Shown one piece after another: positions 1-8,603 of a DNA stretch of 64,000 nt (position 1 is its first letter; every line of letters starts with the position of its first letter). The stretch is from assembly GCA_900540365.1 (NCBI GenBank), contig UQFN01000001.1:103636-167635 (forward strand). The letters run 5' to 3'. Made by a program: the position numbers and the translations under genes. The notes under the pieces were generated by a model. It made no database searches and had not been told where the DNA came from. It saw only the letters and a list, made by a program, of their open reading frames with translations. Source of the DNA: an uncultured Mollicutes bacterium. Its GTDB lineage: Bacteria > Bacillota_I > Bacilli_A > RFN20 > CAG-826.

Positions 1-832
1 GAATTGAAACAGTTAAACCTTTTAAAAATCTTGTGACTAATCTTTTGTCTAAACCGTTTAATTCGTTAGGTAAACGATCACAAGTAAGAACTATTTGTTT
101 ATTTCTTTTAATCATTATTTCAAAAATACTAAAGAAAAATTCCTCAGTTTTTGATTTATCTTGCAACATTTGAATATCATCAATAAGTAAAGCATCAAAA
201 CTAGTAATGAAATCTTTTAAATTCTCATCGCTTTTATCTCCACTAACATATTTAATATATTCATCAATGAATTCTTGAGAAGAGCAAAACAACACTTTTA
301 AATTTGGATTGTTTTCTTTTATATAATTTCCGATCGCGTTTAATAAATGGGTTTTACCTAATCCAGATTGAGAGTATATAAACAAAGGATTATATAAAGT
401 GCCACAATTTTTTGCGACAATTAAAGAAGCTTGTGTTGCTTCTTTATTTGATACTCCAACAACATAATTTTCGAAATTATAGTGGGGATCTAGACGGTTA
501 TTCTTAAAAAATGGCACTTTTTCAACATTGTTTTGAAATGAAAAATTTTCTTTACTATCAGTGATTTGATCTTGTGAAAGAAACGAAATTTTAAATACTT
601 GATTCTTTGTAGTTAACAACGCTTCAGAAATTAAATCTTTGTATCTATTTTCTAAAACACTTGTCGATAAAGAAGAATCACAACCAATAACAATTTGATC
701 ATCTTCTAAAGAATAAATATAAGTGTCTTTAAAAAAAGCATCAAAAGCTCTTTTGTCTCCAAGTTGCTCAGAAACAACCTTCAAAACCTTTTTCCAAAGC
801 ATATTAATTTCACTAATAGTTAACGTAGCCAT
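1..832 (-). CDS. dnaA: Chromosomal replication initiator DnaA, N-terminal part (gene runs off the window start)
   Basis: Open-ended, so absent from the ORF track. The minus strand from ATG (830-832) reads MATLTISEINMLWKKVL... and later PLFIYSQSGLGKTHLLNAIG (DnaA Walker A). DnaA boxes lie directly upstream. Confidence 0.9.
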   Translation of the reverse strand, partial: MATLTISEINMLWKKVLKVVSEQLGDKRAFDAFFKDTYIYSLEDDQIVIGCDSSLSTSVLENRYKDLISEALLTTKNQVFKISFLSQDQITDSKENFSFQNNVEKVPFFKNNRLDPHYNFENYVVGVSNKEATQASLIVAKNCGTLYNPLFIYSQSGLGKTHLLNAIGNYIKENNPNLKVLFCSSQEFIDEYIKYVSGDKSDENLKDFITSFDALLIDDIQMLQDKSKTEEFFFSIFEIMIKRNKQIVLTCDRLPNELNGLDKRLVTRFLKGLTVSI

Positions 833-900
833 AATTAAAACCTGTGTATATTTTATCACTAGATATTTAAGAAAAAAGACAAAAATCGAAAACAAAAAAG

Positions 901-1096
901 TTTTCCACACTACTTCTTAAATTAATCAAGAATACATCAAATTTATTGACTTTCAACATTTTTTGAATGTGGATAAATGTGGAATTTTATTAACAGTTTC
1001 TACAAGAATGTTAATAAGTGAAAAGTTTTCCACATAATTAACATATTTGATTTATAAAAATGGATGATTTAATCGTTATTTTTTTAGTTTTCCACA
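901..1096. promoter_or_regulatory. oriC-type DnaA-box cluster between divergent dnaA and rpmH
   Basis: TTTTCCACA at 901-909, 1026-1034 and 1088-1096. TGTGGATAA (reverse of consensus TTATCCACA) at 968-976 and TGTGGAATT at 978-986. Confidence 0.8.
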
Positions 1097-1176
1097 TTGT
1101 TAAAAAACACATTTGTTAATCGATGTAAATAGATGATTTTTGCGGACTTATTAAATTTCAAAATATTTTTAAATGT

Positions 1177-1206
1177 TTGACATATATGTATATATACATA
1201 TATAAT
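1177..1206 (+). promoter_or_regulatory. rpmH promoter (-35 TTGACA 1177-1182, -10 TATAAT 1201-1206, 18-nt spacer)
   Basis: Near-consensus sigma-70 hexamers about 30 nt upstream of the rpmH SD (AAAGGAGG). The spacer is a perfect AT palindrome at 1182-1203. Confidence 0.6.
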
Positions 1207-1236
1207 TTTAAATACTTGTTAAAAGGAGGTTTTAAT

Positions 1237-1371
1237 ATGAAAAGAACTTATCAACCAAGCAAATTACATCATGTAAGAGTACATGGTTTTAGAAGCAGAA
1301 TGTCTACTGCTAACGGAAGAAAAGTTTTAGCTGCTAGAAGAGCAAAAGGCAGAAAAACTTTAGTTGCTTAA
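1237..1371 (+). CDS. rpmH: 50S ribosomal protein L34
   Basis: [22 protein letters not shown]... preceded by AAAGGAGG. The track ORF 1177-1371 is a TTG-extended version whose extension is promoter DNA. Confidence 0.95.
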   Translation: MKRTYQPSKLHHVRVHGFRSRMSTANGRKVLAARRAKGRKTLVA

Positions 1372-1375
1372 TTCA

Positions 1376-1723
1376 ATGAAAAAAGTAAACACAATTAAAA
1401 AATATCGAGAATTTAAAGAAATTTTAAATAAGAAGAAATTTTTAAAAAACGATCTGTTTTGTTTATATTTTAGGAACAATGATTATGCTTATACACGTAT
1501 TGGCATACTCGTTACAAAGAAAAACGGAAACGCAGTAATTAGAAACAAAATTAAAAGGCAAACACGAAGTATTATTGATTCATTAACAAATTACGATGTT
1601 CCTATCGATGTAATTGTTGTAATCAATAAAAAATACGATGTAAACAATTTTTGGAAAAACAAAGAGCAACTTGCATCTGTATTTAACAAAGTTTTAGGAG
1701 AAAAAAATGAAAAAAAGATCTAA
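1376..1723 (+). CDS. rnpA: Ribonuclease P protein component
   Basis: Position after rpmH and basic motif AVIRNKIKRQTRS. ATG at 1376 preferred over the track TTG at 1364. Confidence 0.85.
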   Translation: MKKVNTIKKYREFKEILNKKKFLKNDLFCLYFRNNDYAYTRIGILVTKKNGNAVIRNKIKRQTRSIIDSLTNYDVPIDVIVVINKKYDVNNFWKNKEQLASVFNKVLGEKNEKKI

Positions 1724-3566
1724 ACAAATATTTGGATTTTTAGGAATATTAGCAACTTTAGGCATTTTAACTTCATGTAACTCTTTTTGTAGTGTTGAAG
1801 ACAGCGCAGCTTACCGTTATGCATACGATCCAGTAAACACTATTTTCTTCGAAAGTGAAGATGACGCAGCCGATTATTTATTAAATTCTTTATCAAAAGA
1901 AAATCAAACCGTATATTTTAAATCAAATAACGAGGTAGTATCTTTAGAAAGTTTAAAAAATTACAATTTAAAAATATTTAATGAAAACGGCGAAGTTGTC
2001 ACAACTAAATTAATAGATAATGCTTCTATTTTTACAAATGAATATACTTCTTCACTTAGTAGCTCTAGTAACGCTGATTTTAGTCAAATCTATTTTATTA
2101 GAACTACTACTATCGAAACTTATACTTTAAATGAAAACGAAGAAAAAACAGAATATACATTTAAAGTTTCAAAAAATAGTTATGTGCAAAGTGTAGAAAC
2201 TAGCAGTAATTCTTTTGGATTTAATCGCCCAGCTGATCAATATTGGACAGATTTAGATAGTAAAGTCATTTCTTATATTTCTAAACGTGCAAAAGAAGAC
2301 CAATTTTATAGTGATAAAACATATTCTTCTGCTTTCGAATTACTTTATGGTTATACTTCAAAAGCATATGCAGATTACGAAGCTAATCAAACAAACGAAA
2401 ACTTGCAAATTATGTTAAATGGTGGTGAATATGTTTTTGCAGATGGTACCAGTGAGACTTTATTAGGAAGAAATAATTCTTTGCTCACTAGATATGGTAA
2501 GTACAAATATTTGGAACCAGAAACCGAAGATGGTCTAAACATGGCTGAAGGTAATTATTGGACAAACATAGAAAATTGGAACTACGAAATTAAAACATCA
2601 CGTAATATTAGTGGTTACACAATGGAAGATGATTTCTTTAGTTTATATAAGACTAATTTAGATAATAAGGTGTCTACATTAAAGAGTTGTTTTAGTTTAG
2701 ATGATGGTTTCTATGGGCATACTAGTGATAATGTTTTAGATGATACTGTTCAATTAACTGATAAATCAAGTTGGGGAGATGCTTGGAGTCATGGTTGGCT
2801 TGAAGGTTTATTAGTCTATCCAATTGCTTATTTAGTTGAATACTTCTCACATGCGTTTGGTATGGCAGGTTGGGGACAAATTGCATCTGTTTTATTAGTT
2901 ACAATTATTGTTCGTGCCTTCTTTATGCTTATTACATTTAGTTCAACACTGTCTCAACAAAAGATGCAAATGTTACAACCTGAAATTGCTAGGTTGCAAC
3001 AAAAATATCCAAATAGTACAACAAATCAATATGAAAAACAAAGATTAGCTCAAGCACAAATGGCTCTTTATAAAAAACATAAAGTACATCCATTTAGTTC
3101 GCTACTTGTATTAATTATTCAATTCCCATTATTTATTGCGGTTTGGAATGGTATGAGTGGAGCAGCTTCGTTATCGGTTGATGCTGTTTTAGGATTAAGA
3201 TTAAGTGATACTATCGCTTCTGTTTTAGCTAATTTTAGTGGATGGCCTTCAAATCCAGGTTGGTGGACAGCGTTAATTTTAATTTTACTCATGTCTGCTG
3301 GACAAATTGTTTCTATGAAATTACCTCAATGGTTACAAAAATCAAGAATGGATAAAGTTACTAAACTTGGAAAGAGCCCTGCTGAAACTAGTTCACAAAA
3401 ACAAATGAAGTGGGTTTCATGGATTATGACAATATTTATTATTATCATGGGCTTTACATTACCAGCAGCAATGGGAGTTTATTGGTTTGCAGGAGCATTA
3501 TTCTCAATAATGCAAACTTTGATTTTACATTTTGTTATGAATAGAAAAACAAAGGAGAAAAAATAA
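1707..3566 (+). CDS. yidC: YidC/Oxa1 membrane protein insertase with a long N-terminal lipoprotein domain
   Basis: Lipobox LTSC at residues 21-24. C-terminal insertase core (QQKMQMLQPEIARLQQKY, YKKHKVHPFSS, multiple TM helices). Synteny rpmH-rnpA-yidC-jag. Confidence 0.85.
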   Translation: MKKRSKQIFGFLGILATLGILTSCNSFCSVEDSAAYRYAYDPVNTIFFESEDDAADYLLNSLSKENQTVYFKSNNEVVSLESLKNYNLKIFNENGEVVTTKLIDNASIFTNEYTSSLSSSSNADFSQIYFIRTTTIETYTLNENEEKTEYTFKVSKNSYVQSVETSSNSFGFNRPADQYWTDLDSKVISYISKRAKEDQFYSDKTYSSAFELLYGYTSKAYADYEANQTNENLQIMLNGGEYVFADGTSETLLGRNNSLLTRYGKYKYLEPETEDGLNMAEGNYWTNIENWNYEIKTSRNISGYTMEDDFFSLYKTNLDNKVSTLKSCFSLDDGFYGHTSDNVLDDTVQLTDKSSWGDAWSHGWLEGLLVYPIAYLVEYFSHAFGMAGWGQIASVLLVTIIVRAFFMLITFSSTLSQQKMQMLQPEIARLQQKYPNSTTNQYEKQRLAQAQMALYKKHKVHPFSSLLVLIIQFPLFIAVWNGMSGAASLSVDAVLGLRLSDTIASVLANFSGWPSNPGWWTALILILLMSAGQIVSMKLPQWLQKSRMDKVTKLGKSPAETSSQKQMKWVSWIMTIFIIIMGFTLPAAMGVYWFAGALFSIMQTLILHFVMNRKTKEKK

Positions 3567-3567
3567 T

Positions 3568-4194
3568 ATGAAAAAATATAGTGCAAAAACTTTAGATGAA
3601 GCAATTAAAATTGCCTGCACTGATTTAGATATAAATACTGAAGACTTAATTTATGAAGTCGAAGAAGAGAAAAAAGGTTTATTTAAAAAAGCAGTAATTT
3701 CAGTTTATGAAGTTGCTGACATTATTGAATATGCTGAAAATTATATTAAAGATGTTATTAATGGAATTGGTTTAGAAACTTCACTTAAAACATTTTACCG
3801 TGATGGAGTTGCAAAAATTTTAATTGAAACTAATAAAAATTCCTTATTAATTGGTAAAAATGGTGCTACTTTACAATCATTAAATGAACTTGTTAAATTA
3901 GCATGTAATACTAAATTTAAAAGAAAGATTAGAATTTTATTAGATATTGGCGATTATAAAGATAAAAAATATCATCGTGTAATTTCTGAAGCTAAAAAGG
4001 CTGTTAAAGAAGTTATGAAAACTCATATTGACATTAAATTAACTCCTATGACACCTGATGAAAGAAAGAAAGTACATAACGCTTTAAGTTCTTATAAAAA
4101 TATTAAAACTGAATCTATCGGTGATGGAAAAGATCGTGCTATCGTTATTAAATACGTTAGTAATAAAGATACAAAACCATCAACAGCAGAATAA
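3568..4194 (+). CDS. jag: Jag/KhpB RNA-binding protein (Jag_N-KH-R3H)
   Basis: Conserved position after yidC. KH-like GKNGATLQSLNEL and a C-terminal R3H-like segment PMTPDERKKVHNAL. Confidence 0.8.
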   Translation: MKKYSAKTLDEAIKIACTDLDINTEDLIYEVEEEKKGLFKKAVISVYEVADIIEYAENYIKDVINGIGLETSLKTFYRDGVAKILIETNKNSLLIGKNGATLQSLNELVKLACNTKFKRKIRILLDIGDYKDKKYHRVISEAKKAVKEVMKTHIDIKLTPMTPDERKKVHNALSSYKNIKTESIGDGKDRAIVIKYVSNKDTKPSTAE

Positions 4195-4196
4195 TT

Positions 4197-5525
4197 ATGT
4201 TAGAAAAAACAATCGTAGCTTTATCTACTCCGCCATTTAGGAGTGCCTTGGCAATCGTAAGATTAAGTGGAGACGATTGTTTTTTAGTTGTTTCTAAAAT
4301 GTTTAGTAAAAATTTAACTAAATATACAACTAATAAAATAATTCATGGGTATATTAAAGATAAGGAAACTATCGTTGATGAGGTAGTTCTTCTACTTTAT
4401 GTTGCACCACATTCTTTTACTGGTGAAAATAGTGTTGAAATTATTTGTCATGGCAATCCAATTATCTTTAATAAAATAATTTCTTTAGCAATTAGCAATG
4501 GTGCTAGAATGGCTGAAAGAGGAGAATTTTCTAGCAGAGCTTACTTAAATAATAAAGTTGACTTAATTCAAGCAGAATCTATTAATGATTTAATAAATGC
4601 TGAAACTGAAGAAAGTAAAAACATTTGTTTAAATTCTTTAACCGGAAAAACTAGCGAACTTATTTTACCAATTAAAAAACAAATTGGAGATTTATTAAGT
4701 AACATTGAAGCTAACATTGATTATTCAGAATATACAGATATCGAAGAATTAGATTCACAAAAAATAGTTGAGTTTTGCAAGGAAATTATTAAAAATATCA
4801 ATATTTTAATCCAAGAAGGTAATAAAGGGAAAATTATTAAAGATGGTATTAATGTAGTTATCGTTGGAAAACCTAATGTTGGAAAATCATCTTTATTAAA
4901 CGCACTTCTTCATGAAGAAAAAGCTATTGTAACCGATATAAAAGGAACTACTCGTGATGTCGTTGAAGGAAAAATTAATCTTTCAGGTATTATATTAAAT
5001 TTATATGACACCGCTGGAATTAGAGAAAGCGAAGATATAATAGAAAAGATTGGTATTAATAAAAGTAAAGAATTAATTGAAAAAGCTGATTTAATAATTG
5101 CTTTATTTGAAAACGAAAATTTTGATGACGAGGATAAAGAAATTTTAGAACTTATTAAAGATAAAAATTACATTAAAGTTTTTAATAAAAAAGATTTAAT
5201 AAAAGATATTAAAGAAAATGAAATTTATATATCTGCTAAAAATCAAGATATTAATTCTTTAAAAGAAAAAATCTTTGAAATTTTAGGTATTAAAGAAGAA
5301 AACTTTAGTAATCCATCACTAGCTAATTCAAGAGAAATAGGTTTACTTGAAAAAGCTAATTTTGAACTTACTACTACTATCGAGTTAGCTAATCAAGGGA
5401 TTACAATTGATATTTTAAATGAACACATTAAAAACGCTTATTTAGCGATTTTAGAAATTCTTGGCGAAGATAATAATTTTGATGTGGCAAAAGAGATTTT
5501 TTCTCGTTTTTGTTTAGGAAAGTAA
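4197..5525 (+). CDS. mnmE: tRNA modification GTPase MnmE
   Basis: G1 GKPNVGKSSLLNAL, DTAGIR, and the C-terminal CLGK tetrapeptide typical of MnmE. Confidence 0.95.
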   Translation: MLEKTIVALSTPPFRSALAIVRLSGDDCFLVVSKMFSKNLTKYTTNKIIHGYIKDKETIVDEVVLLLYVAPHSFTGENSVEIICHGNPIIFNKIISLAISNGARMAERGEFSSRAYLNNKVDLIQAESINDLINAETEESKNICLNSLTGKTSELILPIKKQIGDLLSNIEANIDYSEYTDIEELDSQKIVEFCKEIIKNINILIQEGNKGKIIKDGINVVIVGKPNVGKSSLLNALLHEEKAIVTDIKGTTRDVVEGKINLSGIILNLYDTAGIRESEDIIEKIGINKSKELIEKADLIIALFENENFDDEDKEILELIKDKNYIKVFNKKDLIKDIKENEIYISAKNQDINSLKEKIFEILGIKEENFSNPSLANSREIGLLEKANFELTTTIELANQGITIDILNEHIKNAYLAILEILGEDNNFDVAKEIFSRFCLGK

Positions 5526-5526
5526 A

Positions 5527-6303
5527 ATGATATTTGATACTCATATACATTTAAACGATAAGAAAATCTATGAAAACTTAGATTTTTATATTCAAGATGC
5601 TTTAAATAAAGGTGTTAAAAAGTTTTTGTGTGTTGGCTATGACTTAGAAAGCAGTAAGATAGCAATTGAAATTGCAAATAAATATCATGAAGTTTATGCT
5701 TCGATTGGAATTATTCCTACCGAATATAAACAATATAACGATGATTCAATTAACAATTTAAGAAAATTAATGGATAAATCAAATAAAATTGTTGCAATCG
5801 GAGAAATTGGACTCGATTATTATTGGGAAAAAGAAGAAAGTGTAAGAACTTTGCAAAAGAAGATTTTTATTGAACAAATTGAATTAGCAAATGAATTAAA
5901 CTTACCAATAAGTATACATTGTCGAGACGCTTATAAAGATACTTTAGATATATTAAAAGAACATACATGCATTAAAAAAGGAATTATGCATTGTTTTAGT
6001 GGATCTCTTGAGAGCGCTAAAGAATTTATTAAATTAGGATATTTAATAGCTTTTGGTGGAGTCCTTACTTTTAAAAATTCTATTAAAACTAAGGAAGTTT
6101 TACAAAATGTCGATTTAAAAGATGTTGTTTTTGAAACTGATGCCCCATATTTAGCTCCTACTCCTTTTAGGGGCAAAATTAATATTCCCTCATATATAGT
6201 TGAAACAATTAAATATGCTTCTAGTTTATTAAATTGTCCAAAAGAGACTCTTGAAGATATTACTTACAAAAATAGTTTGAGAATTTTAAATATAAATGAA
6301 TAA
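5527..6303 (+). CDS. tatD: TatD-family metal-dependent hydrolase
   Basis: DTHIHL, GEIGLDYY, HCRDA and ETDAPYL motifs. Confidence 0.9.
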   Translation: MIFDTHIHLNDKKIYENLDFYIQDALNKGVKKFLCVGYDLESSKIAIEIANKYHEVYASIGIIPTEYKQYNDDSINNLRKLMDKSNKIVAIGEIGLDYYWEKEESVRTLQKKIFIEQIELANELNLPISIHCRDAYKDTLDILKEHTCIKKGIMHCFSGSLESAKEFIKLGYLIAFGGVLTFKNSIKTKEVLQNVDLKDVVFETDAPYLAPTPFRGKINIPSYIVETIKYASSLLNCPKETLEDITYKNSLRILNINE

Positions 6304-6841
6304 GTTACATTTAAATGAATTAATAGTTGTCGAAGGTAAAACTGATATTGATTTTTTGTCTTCTTTTATAGAGGCAGATTTTTATAGTGTTAATGGGTCA
6401 GCAATTTCTTCTAAGGACATTTCGTTTTTAAAAGAAATCGAGAAAAATAGACCCATTATAATACTTACTGATCCTGATTTCCCAGGTAAAAAGATTAGAG
6501 AAATATTAAATTCAAATTTAACAAATGTATATAATGCTTATGTTAGAAAAGAGTTCTCAATAAAAAATCATAAAGTTGGGGTAGCTGAAAGTACAATTAA
6601 CGAAGTTTTATTAGCCTTAAACAATTTAAAAAAGTTTGAAACAAACGTAAATAGCGATTTAACCATGAATGATTTATATGAATTAAATTTAAATGGATCT
6701 AAAAATTCAAAACAATTAAGAAAGACAATATGTGATTACTTACATATTGAATATTTAAATGCAAAACAATTATTAAAAAAACTCAAAATGCTTGGATTAA
6801 ACAAGAACGATTTAATGGAGATTATTAAAAATGCTAAGTGA
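6296..6841 (+). CDS. rnmV: Ribonuclease M5 (Toprim)
   Basis: VVEGKTD and DPDFPGKKIR Toprim motifs. Synteny tatD-rnmV-rsmA. Confidence 0.85.
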   Translation: MNKLHLNELIVVEGKTDIDFLSSFIEADFYSVNGSAISSKDISFLKEIEKNRPIIILTDPDFPGKKIREILNSNLTNVYNAYVRKEFSIKNHKVGVAESTINEVLLALNNLKKFETNVNSDLTMNDLYELNLNGSKNSKQLRKTICDYLHIEYLNAKQLLKKLKMLGLNKNDLMEIIKNAK

Positions 6842-7652
6842 AAATGAAATAAAAGAATATTTTTTATTAGTTAATTCCCATGCAAAAAAAGAACTTGGAC
6901 AAAATTTTTTACTTGATGAGGATGTAACTAAAAGTATTTTAGAGGCCTTAGAGTTGAAAAAGAAAGATAGATTATTAGAAATAGGTCCTGGACTTGGTTC
7001 ATTAACTGAGCAATTAGTAAACAAAACAAAAACATATGTTGCTGTTGAATTTGATAAAAAGTTTGTAGAATTTTTAAATAAATCTTTTGATAAAACTAAT
7101 TTGATAGTAGAAAATTATAATATTTTAAAATATAAAAATTATGATTTTAATAAAGTAGTTGGAAATTTACCATATTATATTTCAACCGATATTTTAAATT
7201 ATGTTATTAAAAATTTTAATGATTTAGAAATCGGTGTTTTTATGGTTCAAAAAGAATTTTATGAAAGAATCACTACTAAAGATAAACGTTACAAGACTGC
7301 TGTAAATTATTTTATTGAATACTTATATAAAATAGAAAAAATTATGACCGTTCCAAAAAATGCCTTTTTTCCTCAACCTAAAGTCGATTCTATAATTTTC
7401 AAAATTACCAAAAATCCAATAAAAGATGTCGATTCTGCAAGGTTTTTGTTTAAAATAATCGAAATTTCATTTTTAAATAGACGAAAAAATATAAACAATA
7501 ATTTAAAGCATTTAATTAATGATAATGAGATTAGAAAAGAAGTAATTTTAAAAGCAAATTTAGATCTTAATGTTAGAAGTGAAGATTTAACTATTGATGA
7601 TTTTATTAATTTAACAAATGAAATATTGAAAGTTGGGAATATAAAATTATAA
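6831..7652 (+). CDS. rsmA: 16S rRNA (adenine1518/1519-N6)-dimethyltransferase
   Basis: KKELGQNFL, SAM motif EIGPGLGSLT, and GNLPYYIS. Confidence 0.95.
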   Translation: MLSENEIKEYFLLVNSHAKKELGQNFLLDEDVTKSILEALELKKKDRLLEIGPGLGSLTEQLVNKTKTYVAVEFDKKFVEFLNKSFDKTNLIVENYNILKYKNYDFNKVVGNLPYYISTDILNYVIKNFNDLEIGVFMVQKEFYERITTKDKRYKTAVNYFIEYLYKIEKIMTVPKNAFFPQPKVDSIIFKITKNPIKDVDSARFLFKIIEISFLNRRKNINNNLKHLINDNEIRKEVILKANLDLNVRSEDLTIDDFINLTNEILKVGNIKL

Positions 7653-7654
7653 TT

Positions 7655-8512
7655 ATGGTTATGATAGAAAAAGCTTATGCTAAAGTGAATTTAGCTCTTA
7701 ACGTATTTGAAAAAAACGAAAACAATTATCACGATTTAGAATCAATTATGTTGCCACTCCAATTACACGACACAATTGAGATAGCAATTTTACCTCCTGA
7801 GAACACAGATGATTTTATTACTTGCGATGATTACTCATTAAAAGTAGTTAAATATAATTTGTGTCATAAGGCAATTGATGTTTGTAGAAAAAGATGGAAC
7901 TTTAAGGAAAAATTCCGTGTTGTTATACATAAAAGAATTTTTATTCAAAGTGGTTTAGGTGGAGGAAGCGCCGATGCCGCCGCTACTATTCGTGGAATTA
8001 TTAAATTATTAAAATTAAATCCTACTGATCAAGAATTAATTGAAATTGGTATTGAACTTGGCTCAGATGTACCATTTTGTTTATTTTCAAAACCTTCAGT
8101 TGTTAAACAAATTGGTCAAAGTTTAACTTTTTTTGAACATAAAAGAGATGATTATGTTTTAATAGTTAAATATCCACTTGGATTATCTACTCAAGAAGTT
8201 TTTGAAGAAAGCGATAAACATGAACTTGATTCTTGCAATCTTGAAGAAGTTAAGAGTGAGTTTATAAATGGTAATCCAAATCTAAAAAATAGCGCTGTTA
8301 ATGCTTTGCAAAAAGTTTCGTTTGGTATGCTCCCTGAACTTGAAAAACTTTATAATTTGTTAAAAGAAGAAAATTTTGATTTTGTACAAATGACTGGTTC
8401 TGGAAGTGCAATTTTTTGTTTGACTAAGAACAAAAAGTTAGCAAACAAGATGGAAGAAAAATATTTTAAAAAAGGTTATCAAGTAGAATTAACAAAATTC
8501 TTAATAAATTAA
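7655..8512 (+). CDS. ispE: 4-diphosphocytidyl-2-C-methyl-D-erythritol kinase homologue (GHMP kinase)
   Basis: AYAKVNLALNV N-terminus and GHMP motif GLGGGSADAAA. Synteny after rsmA as in Bacillus. Confidence 0.85.
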   Translation: MVMIEKAYAKVNLALNVFEKNENNYHDLESIMLPLQLHDTIEIAILPPENTDDFITCDDYSLKVVKYNLCHKAIDVCRKRWNFKEKFRVVIHKRIFIQSGLGGGSADAAATIRGIIKLLKLNPTDQELIEIGIELGSDVPFCLFSKPSVVKQIGQSLTFFEHKRDDYVLIVKYPLGLSTQEVFEESDKHELDSCNLEEVKSEFINGNPNLKNSAVNALQKVSFGMLPELEKLYNLLKEENFDFVQMTGSGSAIFCLTKNKKLANKMEEKYFKKGYQVELTKFLIN

Positions 8513-8562
8513 AATTTAAAAAAATAATTGAGTTTTAAAGACTTTTTATAAAAAACAATAAA

Positions 8563-8588
8563 AAAAGGCTCGAATTAACGAGCCTTTT
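8563..8588. terminator. Bidirectional intrinsic terminator between convergent ispE and ppdK
   Basis: AAAAGGCTCG-aattaa-CGAGCCTTTT: a 10-bp stem with an A-run on one side and a T-run on the other. Confidence 0.8.
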
Positions 8589-8603
8589 AATTTTGTTTAA
8601 TTA

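Noticed and set aside
723-920. 65-aa + strand ORF from the track, overlapping the dnaA start and the first DnaA box
   Set aside because: It is antisense to the well-supported dnaA N-terminus and runs into origin DNA. It has no SD and a low-complexity translation, so it is a shadow ORF.
1177-1236. N-terminal extension of the rpmH ORF ([20 protein letters not shown])
   Set aside because: It starts at a TTG that is actually the -35 TTGACA. The extension covers the AT palindrome and the SD. Canonical L34 begins at MKRTYQP (1237).
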